NCBI RefSeq assembly: GCF_902459465.1
Contig: NC_047062.1
Location: 16,058,001 to 16,122,000, forward strand
Direction of reading: 5' to 3'
DNA from: Asterias rubens
Lineage: Eukaryota
DNA: 64,000 nt
The notes under the pieces are model-generated. The model was not told where the DNA came from and made no database searches. It saw nothing but the letters and a program-made list of their open reading frames with translations. A program made the translations under genes and the position numbers. Position 1 is the first letter of the stretch. Each line of letters opens with the position of its first letter. Below, one piece after another: positions 41,301-53,300 of this stretch.

Positions 41301-44300
41301 GCGACACCATTAACTGTCTCTGTCCCAATGGATACCAGTTTGATCTTACTCTGAGAGTCTGTGTAGGTAAGTCTACTGTAAATATGGACGTAGTAACCGC
41401 TGATGAGGGGGTGCCGGTTTGCCCGTTTGCTGGCTGGAGGGAGTAAAGCCCGGTTCATACTTCCAGCGAATGCGAATGCGCTACGAATGTTGACGTCACA
41501 AATTTGCAATGAATAATTCGCAGGGGTTGAGTTGTGGGTAACTCTCCTGCGAACATCGCAGCGAAAATAGAGTTGTGCATGACGTCAAATTCGCATCAAA
41601 TTCGCCTCACATTCGCATTCGCAGGAAGTATGAACCGGGCTTTCTGTATGCTTCATTTTTGAAAAGACAAGGGCACCAAGGCATTCTCTCCTGGGTAAAG
41701 GGCACCCTATGTAAAGATTATTGCTACATAGCAGTATAATTTTAAGTCTTGCTCTGTGGCAATTATAAAATTGTCTTAAAAGACCGTTTCGTTTTGGTCT
41801 TAATTTCCACTGTTGCTGAGCCATTATTATTCAAAAGTATTTCATTCATGTACAGGTAAATGAACTTTACAACTGATTTAATTTGTCTAACATAAACCTT
41901 CACTTGTAAAGATAATCCTTTTTTCTTCTTCTCCAGAAATCACCACCTGTACCCGCTATCCGACCATCTGTGGTGAGGGGACGTGTGTGATGGATCGCTT
42001 TGGAGGATTCCAATGTACCTGCCCACAGGGACAGGAATTCATTCGGTCAACACGCACCTGTCAGGGTAAACGAGGCTTCCATTGAATTTTTGAAAATGAC
42101 TAGATTACAGCTTGCCAATGTAGCATTATGGAAAATCTAATGTTGCATTTTAGGATTGCATCTTAGGGTGTCATGGCCGAGTGGCTTAGAGTGTGGGTTC
42201 GAAACACGGTCATGACACTTGTGTCCTTGAGCAAGATGCTTTACTATAGTTTCTTCTCTTCACTCAGAGGTATAAATAGGTACCTGTAAGGGTAGAGGTT
42301 GATAGTGTATAAATAGGTACCTGCGAGGGTCGAGGTTGATATTGTGTATGGAAAAGCCTTGATATTGTGTATGGAAAAGCCGGATGTGACACTTGTGTCC
42401 TTGAGCAAGATGCTTTACTATAATTGCTTCTCTTCACCCAGAGGTATAAATAGGTACCTGCGAGGGTCGAGGTTGATATTGTGTATGGAAAAGCCTTGAT
42501 ATTGTGTATGGAAAAGCCGGATGTGACACTTGTGTCCTTGAGCAAGATGCTTTACTATAATTGCTTCTCTTCACTCAGTGGTGTAAATGGGTACCTGCGA
42601 GGGTCGAGGTTGATATTGTGTATGGAAAAGCCTTGATATTGTGTATGGAAAAGCCGGATGTGACACTTGTGTCCTTGAGCAAGATGCTTTACTATAATTG
42701 CTTCTCTTCACTCAGTGGTGTAAATGGGTACCTGCGAGGGTCGAGGTTGATATTGTGTATGGAAAAGCCTTGATATTGTGTATGGAAAAGCCGGATGTGA
42801 CACTTGTGTCCTTGAGCAAGATGCTTTACTATAGTTTCTTCTCTTCACTCAGTGGTGTAAATGGGTACCTGCGAGGGTCGAGGTTGATATTGTGTATGGA
42901 AAAGCCTTGATATTGTGTATGGAAAAGCCGGATGTGACACTTGTGTCCTTGAGCAAGATGCTTTACTATAATTGCTTCTCTTCACTCAGTGGTGTAAATG
43001 GGTACCTGCGAGGGTCGAGGTTGATATTGTGTATGGAAAAGCCTTGATATTGTGTATGGAAAAGCCGGATGTGACACTTGTGTCCTTGAGCAAGATGCTT
43101 TACTATAATTGCTTCTCTTCACTCAGTGGTGTAAATGGGTACCTGCGAGGGTCGAGGTTGATATTGTGTATGGAAAAGCCTTGATATTGTGTATGGAAAA
43201 GCCTTGATATTGTGTATGGAAAAGCCTTGATATTGTGTATGGAAAAGCCTTGATATTGTGTATGGAAAAGCCGGATGTGACACTTGTGTCCTTGAGCAAG
43301 ATGCTTTACTATAATTGCTTCTCTTCACCCAGAGGTATAAATAGGTACCTGCAAGGGTAGAGGTTGATAGTGTATAAATAGGTACCTGCAAGGGTAGAGG
43401 TTGATAGTGTATAAATAGGTACCTGCAAGGGTAGAGGTTGATAGTGTATAAATAGGTACCTGCAAGGGTAGAGGTTGATAGTGTATATATAGGTACCTGC
43501 TAGGGTAGAGGTTGATAGTGTATAAATAGGTACCTGCAAGGGTAGAGGTTGATAGTGTATAAATAGGTACCTGCAAGGGTAGAGGTTGATAGTGTATATA
43601 TAGGTACCTGCAAGGGTAGAGGTTGATAGTGTATAAATAGGTACCTGTAAGGGTAGAGGTTGATAGTGTATATATAGGTACCTGCTAGGGTAGAGGTTGA
43701 TAGTGTATAAATAGGTACCTGCAAGGGTAGAGGTTGATAGTGTATAAATAGGTACCTGCAAGGGTAGAGGTTGATAGTGTATAAATAGGTACCTGCAAGG
43801 GTAGAGGTTGATAGTGTATATATAGGTACCTGCAAGGGTAGAGGTTGATAGTGTATAAATAGGTACCTGCAAGGGTAGAGGTTGATAGTGTGTTTGAAAG
43901 AGCCACTGGACCCCCACAGCAGCACCGGGCTGTATACTCCCTAGGGAGCTGAGAAAGATTAAAGGAGTGTTATTGACTCAATGACTGGTACTAATGTAAG
44001 GCGCATTGAGACGGTTATTGTGAAATGCGCTATACAAGAACTAGTTATTATTATTTTATTATTATGTACTGACCATAATTTTCATGAGAAAAGTACTCTA
44101 TAAGAAGTCACTGTTATTATTTTCTACATCCGTGATATATGAACCAACCGTGCCGTTATACAGGGCAAGATTTGTGTCGGAACAGTCATTGTGGTAATGG
44201 TACATGCGAAGAGACTGCCGATAGCTTCCAGTGTGTGTGTCCAGAAGGTTTTGAATATAGACCAGAGTACTACACCTGTCTCGGTGAGTATGACAATTAA

Positions 44301-47300
44301 ATAAATTTGTGTTGAACAAAGGAATTTTGACTAGAGTGGGACTTGAACCTGGGACCTCTGGATTAACGTGCTGGCGCTCTATCAACTGAGCTATCAAGAC
44401 CTATTTTGGCTATATCTTTGTTCGGAGGTGCTAGTCTTATTAGGTACATGTTGAAGGGATTCTGACTGGCACCCCCAAACATACATATTGACAAAATAGG
44501 GAGGCTGCCAACAAATGGCTAGATAGCTTAGTTGATAGAGCGCAGCAGGCGATTTCATAAAAAGCTAGGATTAATCCTATCTCGAGTTAAGACGCGTAAC
44601 CCATCCTAACTTAGGGTAGGCTCAATGCGCCCTAATGTCAATGGATACGGAAACTCGTCCTAACTCCTAAGATTAATCCTAAGTTAGGAAGAGTTTGTTG
44701 AAATTGATGGCTGGCATGCTAACCAGGGAGTCACAGGTTCAAATTGCTCTAGTAAATTTTGCCTTTTCAACCTGAAATTACTATTATATAGTCTGTATTT
44801 GTCAAGTTTGTCAATGATTATTTATTTCTTGACGATCTCTCGCTGTTATTTCTTCATCTAGACATAAATGACTGCAGGTCTGATCCAGATATTTGCGGCT
44901 CAGGTCGTTGTGTCAATCATGTACCGGGATACACCTGTGAATGTTACACAGGGTTTACTCTGGATGAGCGCCAGACTACATGTATAGGTAGGTCACCTTG
45001 GAGTGCTATTTTAACTTCAAGTTAACAGCAAGTATCCCCATAGCCAATATACTTCATTGATTCAGAAAATGTCTGCAGATAATTATATGTACAGAAATAT
45101 TGTAGAATTTTTATTTTCAGTGTTGAAATACATTCTTTGTCCCGATGCAAAACTAACATCTATTAAATCGTTGTGGTACCCACTTCTAACACGTAGGATT
45201 CAAACTGACTCTAGCCACCGCTAGCGCGATGGTCAAGTAAAAAGACATCTGCTCTATAGCAATGCAAAGGTTGTGGGTACGAATCCAAACCCAGTGATTT
45301 GCCGGATTTTCACAGAAGTACCGAGTATACACTTTGTTGTAGGGGTAAAAACAAAACTAGAGTGCAGAAAAGTGATGAGCTGATTTTACTTATTTTGTTT
45401 CTGTCCTGTTACATAGATGTTAATGAGTGTGAACAGCACCCCTGCTCTGGTGGTCGATGCTTCAACACTGAAGGGAGTTATACCTGCGAATGCCAGGATG
45501 GTTACGAGTATAGCCACTCATACAGGCGCTGTCTCGGTGAGCATATTGTGTACAGTTATTAATCAACTGAAGTGATGAAACTTATGTTTAAAGACACTGG
45601 ACACTATTTGTCATACCAATGCATAAAATGACAAATCTGTGAAAATTTGTACCCAATTGGTCATCGAAGTTGCAAGAGAATAATGAAAGAAAAAACACCC
45701 TTGTTGCACAAATTTGTGTGCTTTCAGATGCAAAATAAAAGGCATTAGGCCTGAATTATTTTATTATTTGAGTGAGAAATTACCTTTTTTTTCAAAAACT
45801 ACATAACTTTCGAGGGAGCAGTTTCCCACAATGTTTTGTACTATCAACAGCTCTCCATTGCTTGTTACAAGTAAGTTTTGTGACCAAATTTATTTTGAGT
45901 AATTACCAATAGTTTGAAGTGCCGTTAGATACACTGTTAACAATTGAATGCCTTTAAATAATGCCTATAAACTTCTGTTTAATCGCTGTGGGTGGTTAGG
46001 TTGGTGTAGTGGTATCTTGCCGCGCCTTCCACCTCGGGACCCCGGTTCAAATCCCATCGGGGGCACCATGTGGGTGGGTTTTCAGTCCCTGGTATAAGGG
46101 TAAAATTGATTTAAAATTCGGCACATATTTCAGTGGAATTTCTGTGGTTGATTAGATGTTTGTTTAGAAGTGTAAACTTTTCTCTTTCCTCTTTAGATAT
46201 TGACGAGTGTGAATCCAACCCATGTGGAGGGGTTGGTTGTGTGAACACCAAAGGTAGCTTCTCATGCAGCTGTCCACGAGGTTTCATATTTGATGACGAG
46301 GCACAAATCTGCGTTGGTAAGAATATAGCATAAATCTTCCCTACAATAATGTACCTTTATTTCTGCACTCCTTAAAATTCTCCTCTTCTTTCGAAGTAAT
46401 TTTTCCCCTCATGATTTATTCATTTCTAGAATGTCAAACTTGATGCTTTGACTTAATCAAATCTTGAGTCTTTGACAATTTCTAACAAAATCAAATCTTG
46501 ATTCTTTATCTATTTTTTTTTCACTAATCACTGCATTCAAGTCTTGAAAGTGCTTTAAAAACATGTAACTGTCTAACTTTTCAAGGTAATGGAATATGTT
46601 GTTAAAAATCTTCTGCAAAAAACTCTGATGCCAAACAAAATATGAAAACCAGCACTATCAGTTTTGTTTTGAAAGCAGGAAAAAACTACGCATTCTGTTG
46701 ATTAATCATGTCTGCATTGTGAACTCTTTCTTTCAATATTTCCAACTGTTAACTGCTAACAAACATGGCAAGGATTTTAGGTACATGTATACCCTTATTT
46801 TCCTGTTTCTCTCTTTATAATCTGTACCCTCACCTTCTAAAAGCACTGTAACTTCTTTCAGACTTGGACGAATGTGTACACTACGCGGGGGTGTGCGGTA
46901 ACGCTACCTGCCTTAACTATGTTGGCAAGTTTGATTGTAAATGTGCGGCGGGATTTAGACTTGACAGGATTTTGCGTGCCTGTCTCGGTGAGTCTTCAAG
47001 CCTGGTGAATGACGGCAGCCTCTCAAGCCTTTAGCTCCCTAGCCTTTACAGCATGCAAGGCTTGTGTGTAGCGTCAGTGCCTGATAATGAGGCTTTTTTG
47101 ACTGACTCCACGGCTTTGGCTACAGCTAACGGCTAGCCGCTTCGCATTTGCCTGTACTTTAATAATGCCGCTACAGCTATAACAGTAACAGCCATAGCCC
47201 GAAGCAGCCTATTAATTCAGATGTAGCCTGTAAAGCCTGGTTCATATGATATGGGAATGCAAAGCGAATTGAGACGCAGCAAAACCAGATTTTGTTTGTT

Positions 47301-50300
47301 AAAGGCAGTGGACACTATTGGTAATTACTCAAAATAAGTATTAGCATAAAGCCTTTCATGGTGACGAGTAATGGGTAGAGGTTGATGGTATAAATCATTG
47401 TGAGAAACGGCTCCCTCTGAAGTGCCATAGTTTTCGAGAAAGAAGTAATTTTCCACAAATTTGATTTCGAGACCTCAGATTTAGAACTTGAGGTCTTTAA
47501 ATCAACCATCTAAACGCACACAACTTCGTGTCACAAGGGTGTTTTTTCTTTCATTATTATCTCGCAAGTTCGATGACCGATTGAGCTCAAATTTTCACAG
47601 GTTTGTTATTTTATGCATATGTTGAGATACACCAACTGTGAAGGCTAGTCTTTGACAATTACCAATAGTGTCCACTGCCTTTAAGATGATCTTCCTGATG
47701 CAAGGGAACTCGCCAAGCTAGCAACAGCCAATCTCTCATACAAACATTGGTTTCACATCGATGATTATGAGTTGTGCAAACCAAGAAACTGTGATTCAGT
47801 AAAAAGATGACATTACTTATTCTACTCATTGTGAAATCAGCGGTTAGCTTTGTTGAACTGGTGCATGTGCATAGCTCAACTTGAAATGAAAAATTATTTG
47901 CATTCACTGAATATGAACCAGCCTTTACTGTAGACATTGAGGTAGATAAACTGTCTTCCTCTTTGCCCGGTTTATTAAGCATGAAACTAGACTACAAAAA
48001 ACACAGCTAATGTATTCTTTTATTTGCGATCGTCTATGTCTACTGACATTGTGTTGTTTCAATCAATTCAACTTGTTCTTTCCTTTGCAAAGCCAGTGCC
48101 TTGGCATTTCTGTTATTGCAACTGACATTTTCTACAGTGTATTTCTCCTCCCAGGCCATGTCTGTATACATGTTTGTTCTCCTGAATTTGATCGGTAACA
48201 CCAAAGATGTTCATTGCTTCTTCCTGAGTTACTTAAATTCATTTGGTACAATTGCCCCTCATGCCGAGCTTGATTTGTTGTGCGGAACTCAATTGAAACA
48301 TTTCAATTGCATCAGTTTTGTACAGGAAGTTCATAGTCTATTTTCATATTTGTAAGTCTATTGTTATATATTTCATCATAAAGACTGAGTTTATATGAGT
48401 TGAATCCACTGCAAGTACACAATTATCCTCCTTAATGGATGAAATTGTATTTCGGTTGAGCAGGGAGAACTTAAAATTTTAAACGGGCCATAATGTGATG
48501 AACTTAATACTCGGCCAAATTTCATAGAGCTGCTTAAAGCAGAACATATTGCTTTAAACAATTTGCTGCTAAGCGAAAATGAGCATGATACCAGCCATAA
48601 ATGTGACAGAGTATTTTGATTGGTAATGAATCGTAAGCATAATTTATGTGTGCTTAGCTATTTTTTGTGCTTATAAAAGCAGCTCTATTGAATGTGGCCG
48701 TGGTAATTTGCTTTAATTTTCTTATTTATTTTCTTATTTATTTTGCAGCTATTAATTATTAAATGTGTGCATTATTTGTCTGTTTGTTCTTTGTTTTTAA
48801 TTGTTGACGTCCAGCCAGCAGCTAAACGGAATGCATTTATGGCAACTAGCTATAAGTCGTTTAATAAGCTATATATTATTTGCACATAAAAGCTGAGATA
48901 ATTTATATGTGATCGGAATGATATTGCATCTTAATGGTTTTGCCAGATGGGTAGAGACCCATTTAAAATCATTTGAGCATGTTGCATCGTACAGTATAAC
49001 AAATTCTTAATACTGGCCTTAATACTTGTTTACTTTAATAGAGCTGTTCTTGAAAACACGCTAAACAGATTTACTTCGCATGTCAAAAGTTTGCTTAGCA
49101 GAACCAGGCAATATTATATTGTCATGTCCGAGTTGGTGGGTATGACTACGATTGGATCGCCGCGTCATGCTTTGAAGGTTATCGGTAATACCGTTAGCAC
49201 TGGTCGTGTAAAATGAAGTTTATCTAACCCATACAAATTGCACTAATGACATAGTAGTTCTGAGTAGATAAAATGTCTCATATACTTAAATTAAAGCCAT
49301 TGGACCCTTTTGGTACAGAAAGAAAAGAAAAAAAAGTTCACAGATTTACAAATTACTTACAGAGTTTACAGAAGGTAGTGGTGAAAGACTTCCCTTGAAA
49401 TATTATTCCATGAAATGCTTTACTTTTTGAGAAAACAGTAAAACAATATAAATTCTCGTTAGCGAGAATTACGGATTTATTTTAAACACATGTCATGACA
49501 CGGCGAAACGCGCGGATACACGGGTGGGTTTTCCCGTTATTTTCTCCAGACTCCGATGACCAATTGAGCCTAAACTTTCACAGGTTTGTTATTTGATATA
49601 GAAGTTGTGATACACGAAGTGTGGGCCTTGGACAATAGTGTTTACCGAAAGGGTCCAATGGCTTTAAACTGTGTGTATTGTTAACAATTACTCACAGATA
49701 TCAAAGAATGTGATGATAGACCGTGTGGGAATGCAAGATGTTTAGAGCTTGAGGGCTCCCACCTGTGTGAATGTCCAGCTGGATACGCCTTTAATCAAGA
49801 GTCTCTTTTATGCGAAGGTAAGTTTTCATCGAAATATAGTTTCTCTTTTTGTTTAAACTAACCTTGCTCGATTTTAATATAATGTAGTTTTTCTTTTGTG
49901 GAAATCTTAAATGACACCCTGGCACTTTAACTGCACTCTGGTATTTGGTAATCATTTGAGGGTAGTGGCAAATATCAAATAGGTGACAGTCTACAACTGT
50001 TTTATGATTGATTGATTGATTTAATTTATTCGGATAAATCTACATCAAGAACATGCCAAAAATACAAACACAACAACAGGAGAAAAGACAATGAAATAAG
50101 ATAAACCAAAATAGAACACAAGAAGCTATGATTTTTTGTTTTATTAACGAATATAACAATATTAAAAATCGCTCTGTGAAATAAAGCAAGTTCAAACCTT
50201 CAAATTTGCAGTGCTTTTACGAAGCAGATACAAAGTTTCATGAGTTTTTTTTTTTTTTAATCTATGTGGTTTGCTTGGCAAAGAGTGAGTGTGTAGTTGC

Positions 50301-53300
50301 TATTTAACCAGTGATTGAAATTATTTTTCCTGTTTTCACCAAAAACCAAAGCGGTTATCACTGAAAGAGGTGGAGTTTACTTGATTATTTAAACATTCGA
50401 TACAATAAAAACTTATTTTACTCTTAACCACTTGTGTTAGAAAGTAACATAATTTAATTATTTGAATGGCTCAAAAGAAATATTTATTTTTATTTTGTTT
50501 AAAGAGCACTGCATCCCTCCTAACTCAGAAGACTCAAATCTCAAAACAATCCCTCAAAAAGCTGCCTTGTGATAAAGCTGGTACTGGCACTAACTCATTA
50601 AAAGATTTTTACCCCACACTCGTAAGAGAAAACAGTTTGACTGTTTAACTTGATTCTCTCAAAATGTAGAGTGGCGGCACGTTACTCTGGAGGTTGTTGG
50701 TTCAAATCCCGCCCTAGTCAATTTGTCTTCGTTCAACCTCGAATCAGAACAGAACAAGATTTTGGTAACCTGAGATTTATTTTGTGAGATATCTCATACT
50801 TTAAAGTATTAAATTGTGAAGTGTTTTATTCAAGCGGGGAAAAAAAAATACATTTATTGAGAAAGTTGAAACTTTACCCCTTTACCCCACTGTTTTTTAC
50901 TGTCATTGACCAACTCTGATATTATTAGTACTCAATAACAATGTTCTGGTCGTCATCACAGACTATGACGAATGCCAGGTTGATTTCCAGACTTGCGGCA
51001 ACGGAACCTGCCAAAACTTTGATGGATTCCATCTGTGTACCTGTCCCCTTGGCTATATGTTTGATGACCTGCTCTCATTGTGCCTTGGTGGGTTGTGTTA
51101 GTAACAATCATCTCCGAGCCGTTTTCACAAAACTTTATGCAAATTTGTGAGTTCTCTTGTGCAACGTTTTCTGAATGCCCCATTCAGAATAGTCGGCATT
51201 AAAATTAATTCATTATTTCTTTTTTTTTTTCTTTCTTTTTTTTACCCACCCACCAACCCCAAATTTTTATTTTTAAATATTCAATGGCTCCATAATGTTA
51301 TTTATACACTGATGAACAAAGTAATGCCTCAAATCAACCAGATATTTTAGATGGAAGGTCTCCATGCAAGTACTTTTCAATGGATTTTCCCTGGCTTAAA
51401 AAAGCAAACAGCTTTGTAGTTTAATCTGACGACCATGGCCAGCTTGGTGTTTTTTCTTCATTTTTATTTTTTAGATTTTCAGTTATTTCTTCTGACCTAC
51501 CAACCCACAATTCCGAAGAAGAAAAACTAATCGCAATTCAACATTGACTATTTTGAATGCCCCCCCCCCCCTCCAAGTTGTGCACCACTAACAAACAAAT
51601 CTTGCGAAAGTTGACTTACACACAGTTGTGTAAAGTTTGGTGAAACCGGCTGTCATCATCAATCATTTCCATATGCATCTTCATCATCGTCATTCATCCA
51701 GACGTGACTTTCATCGCGATGCATCGGCCTAGCTTGTTCTGATCGCTTTGGTTTTTATTAATGCTTAGCAGTTGGTGGAAATCACAATGCAAGCAGGGTT
51801 GACGTACTCTGACACTATGAGACTACTCACTAGGGCAAGGGCTACTTATAATGAGTTTGTGGTGTTGTTTGGAGCTCTCTGTGGTTTTTATATTGACTGA
51901 TTGATTGATTTTTTTATTTCGGTATATAAACACAAAAAATGGTCGGTAGTACCATAAGATCATGCTAACTGATTTTCTTATCCTCCACAATACTTGTCTC
52001 CATTGATTATTCATAATTAATATTTTGATTTCAAACTAATACTATGGTATTGGCTAACATGCCTTTTTCTGTTGCATTATGTTGCACTATAATAACATGC
52101 ACTGTTTCCGTTATCCGATTGTATAAAGGTGTTAGGCAAGTGTGCTAAGCATGAAATGAAACTTGCTATTGAGCAAAACCCGGATATGTACCAAAGGGAA
52201 AAAACTCCTGCTATTTTACTTCTAAACAGACAGTGATTTGTCAAGATTCCTCCTGATTTCAGGATTTGTCTTAAACCTTCCTCGACTTTCGTGTTTTTTT
52301 CTTGAAAGGACTATGTTGGAACGGGCCCTCACAGTCTTAAGCGTCAGACACCTCAGATGAAAGAGGTCATTACATCACGTCATCAACATCATTCATGTTA
52401 TCTTAAATTACATGTATCCATTGACCATTACCCATAGTTTTATACATACATTGTTTTATTCTATAACTCTGATACCGGCTGCACAAGCCTATTAGAGATC
52501 TGTGGTCTCAGTGTCTGTGCACATGGTGAAGACAATCAGATACATTCATAGAGCTGCTTAAGCACAAAAACTAGATAAGCATGACAAAATTATGCAAACA
52601 ACAATCCAACTACCAGCCAAAATAACATGTCACATGTACAATCCATGACTGGTATCCTGCTCATTTTTGCTAAGCAGAAAATGGTTCAGCAATACTTAGT
52701 GCTTAAAAGGAAGGTACACGTTTGGTAATTACTCAAAACAAATATTAACTTAAAAACTGACTTTGTAACGAGCATTGGAGAGCTGTTGATAGTATAAAAC
52801 ATTGTGAGAAACAGCTCCCTCTGAAGTAGCATAAATTTTGAGAAAGAGGTATTTTCTCACTGAAATAATAAAAGACTTCTATCTAAAAGTCTTTTACACA
52901 AATTCACAAAAAGTACACAAATTCGTCCAACAAGGGTGTTTTTTCTCTAATCATTTTCTCACAACTTCGATGACCAATTGACTTCAAATTTTCACAGGCT
53001 TGTTATTTTATGCTTATGTTAGGATACACCAAGTGAGAATACTGGTCTTTGACAATTACCAAACGTGTACCTTCCCTTTAAGCAACTCTATACTTTATTA
53101 CCCAACAGAAGTTTTTTCATACTATTGAAATATATTAATATAATACACATAGTGAGGTGCAATGTTCTCCAATTGAAAAACACAATACTGCCGGACTTGT
53201 TTAACCATTAGTTTACTGGCCCGACACTAAAACCACTTGCCTAAAACCACTCACTAGTTAATCACTGGCCATCGACCAAGACAGTTTTTGGTTACGACTG

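Larger units (their letters stand above)
42166..44065 (+). mobile_element. SINE with its interior amplified into a compound tandem array
   Basis: SINE head (tggccgagtgg, ggttcgaa) at 42166; tail (aggcgcattgag...gcgctatacaag...ttattattatt) ending 44065. Confidence 0.8.

Noticed and set aside
42386-43891. Regular repeats resembling a CRISPR array, and the ORFs 42264-43925 in the track
   Set aside because: Units are head-to-tail with no unique spacers, no cas genes, eukaryotic intron. The ORFs are by-products of stop-free repeat units.
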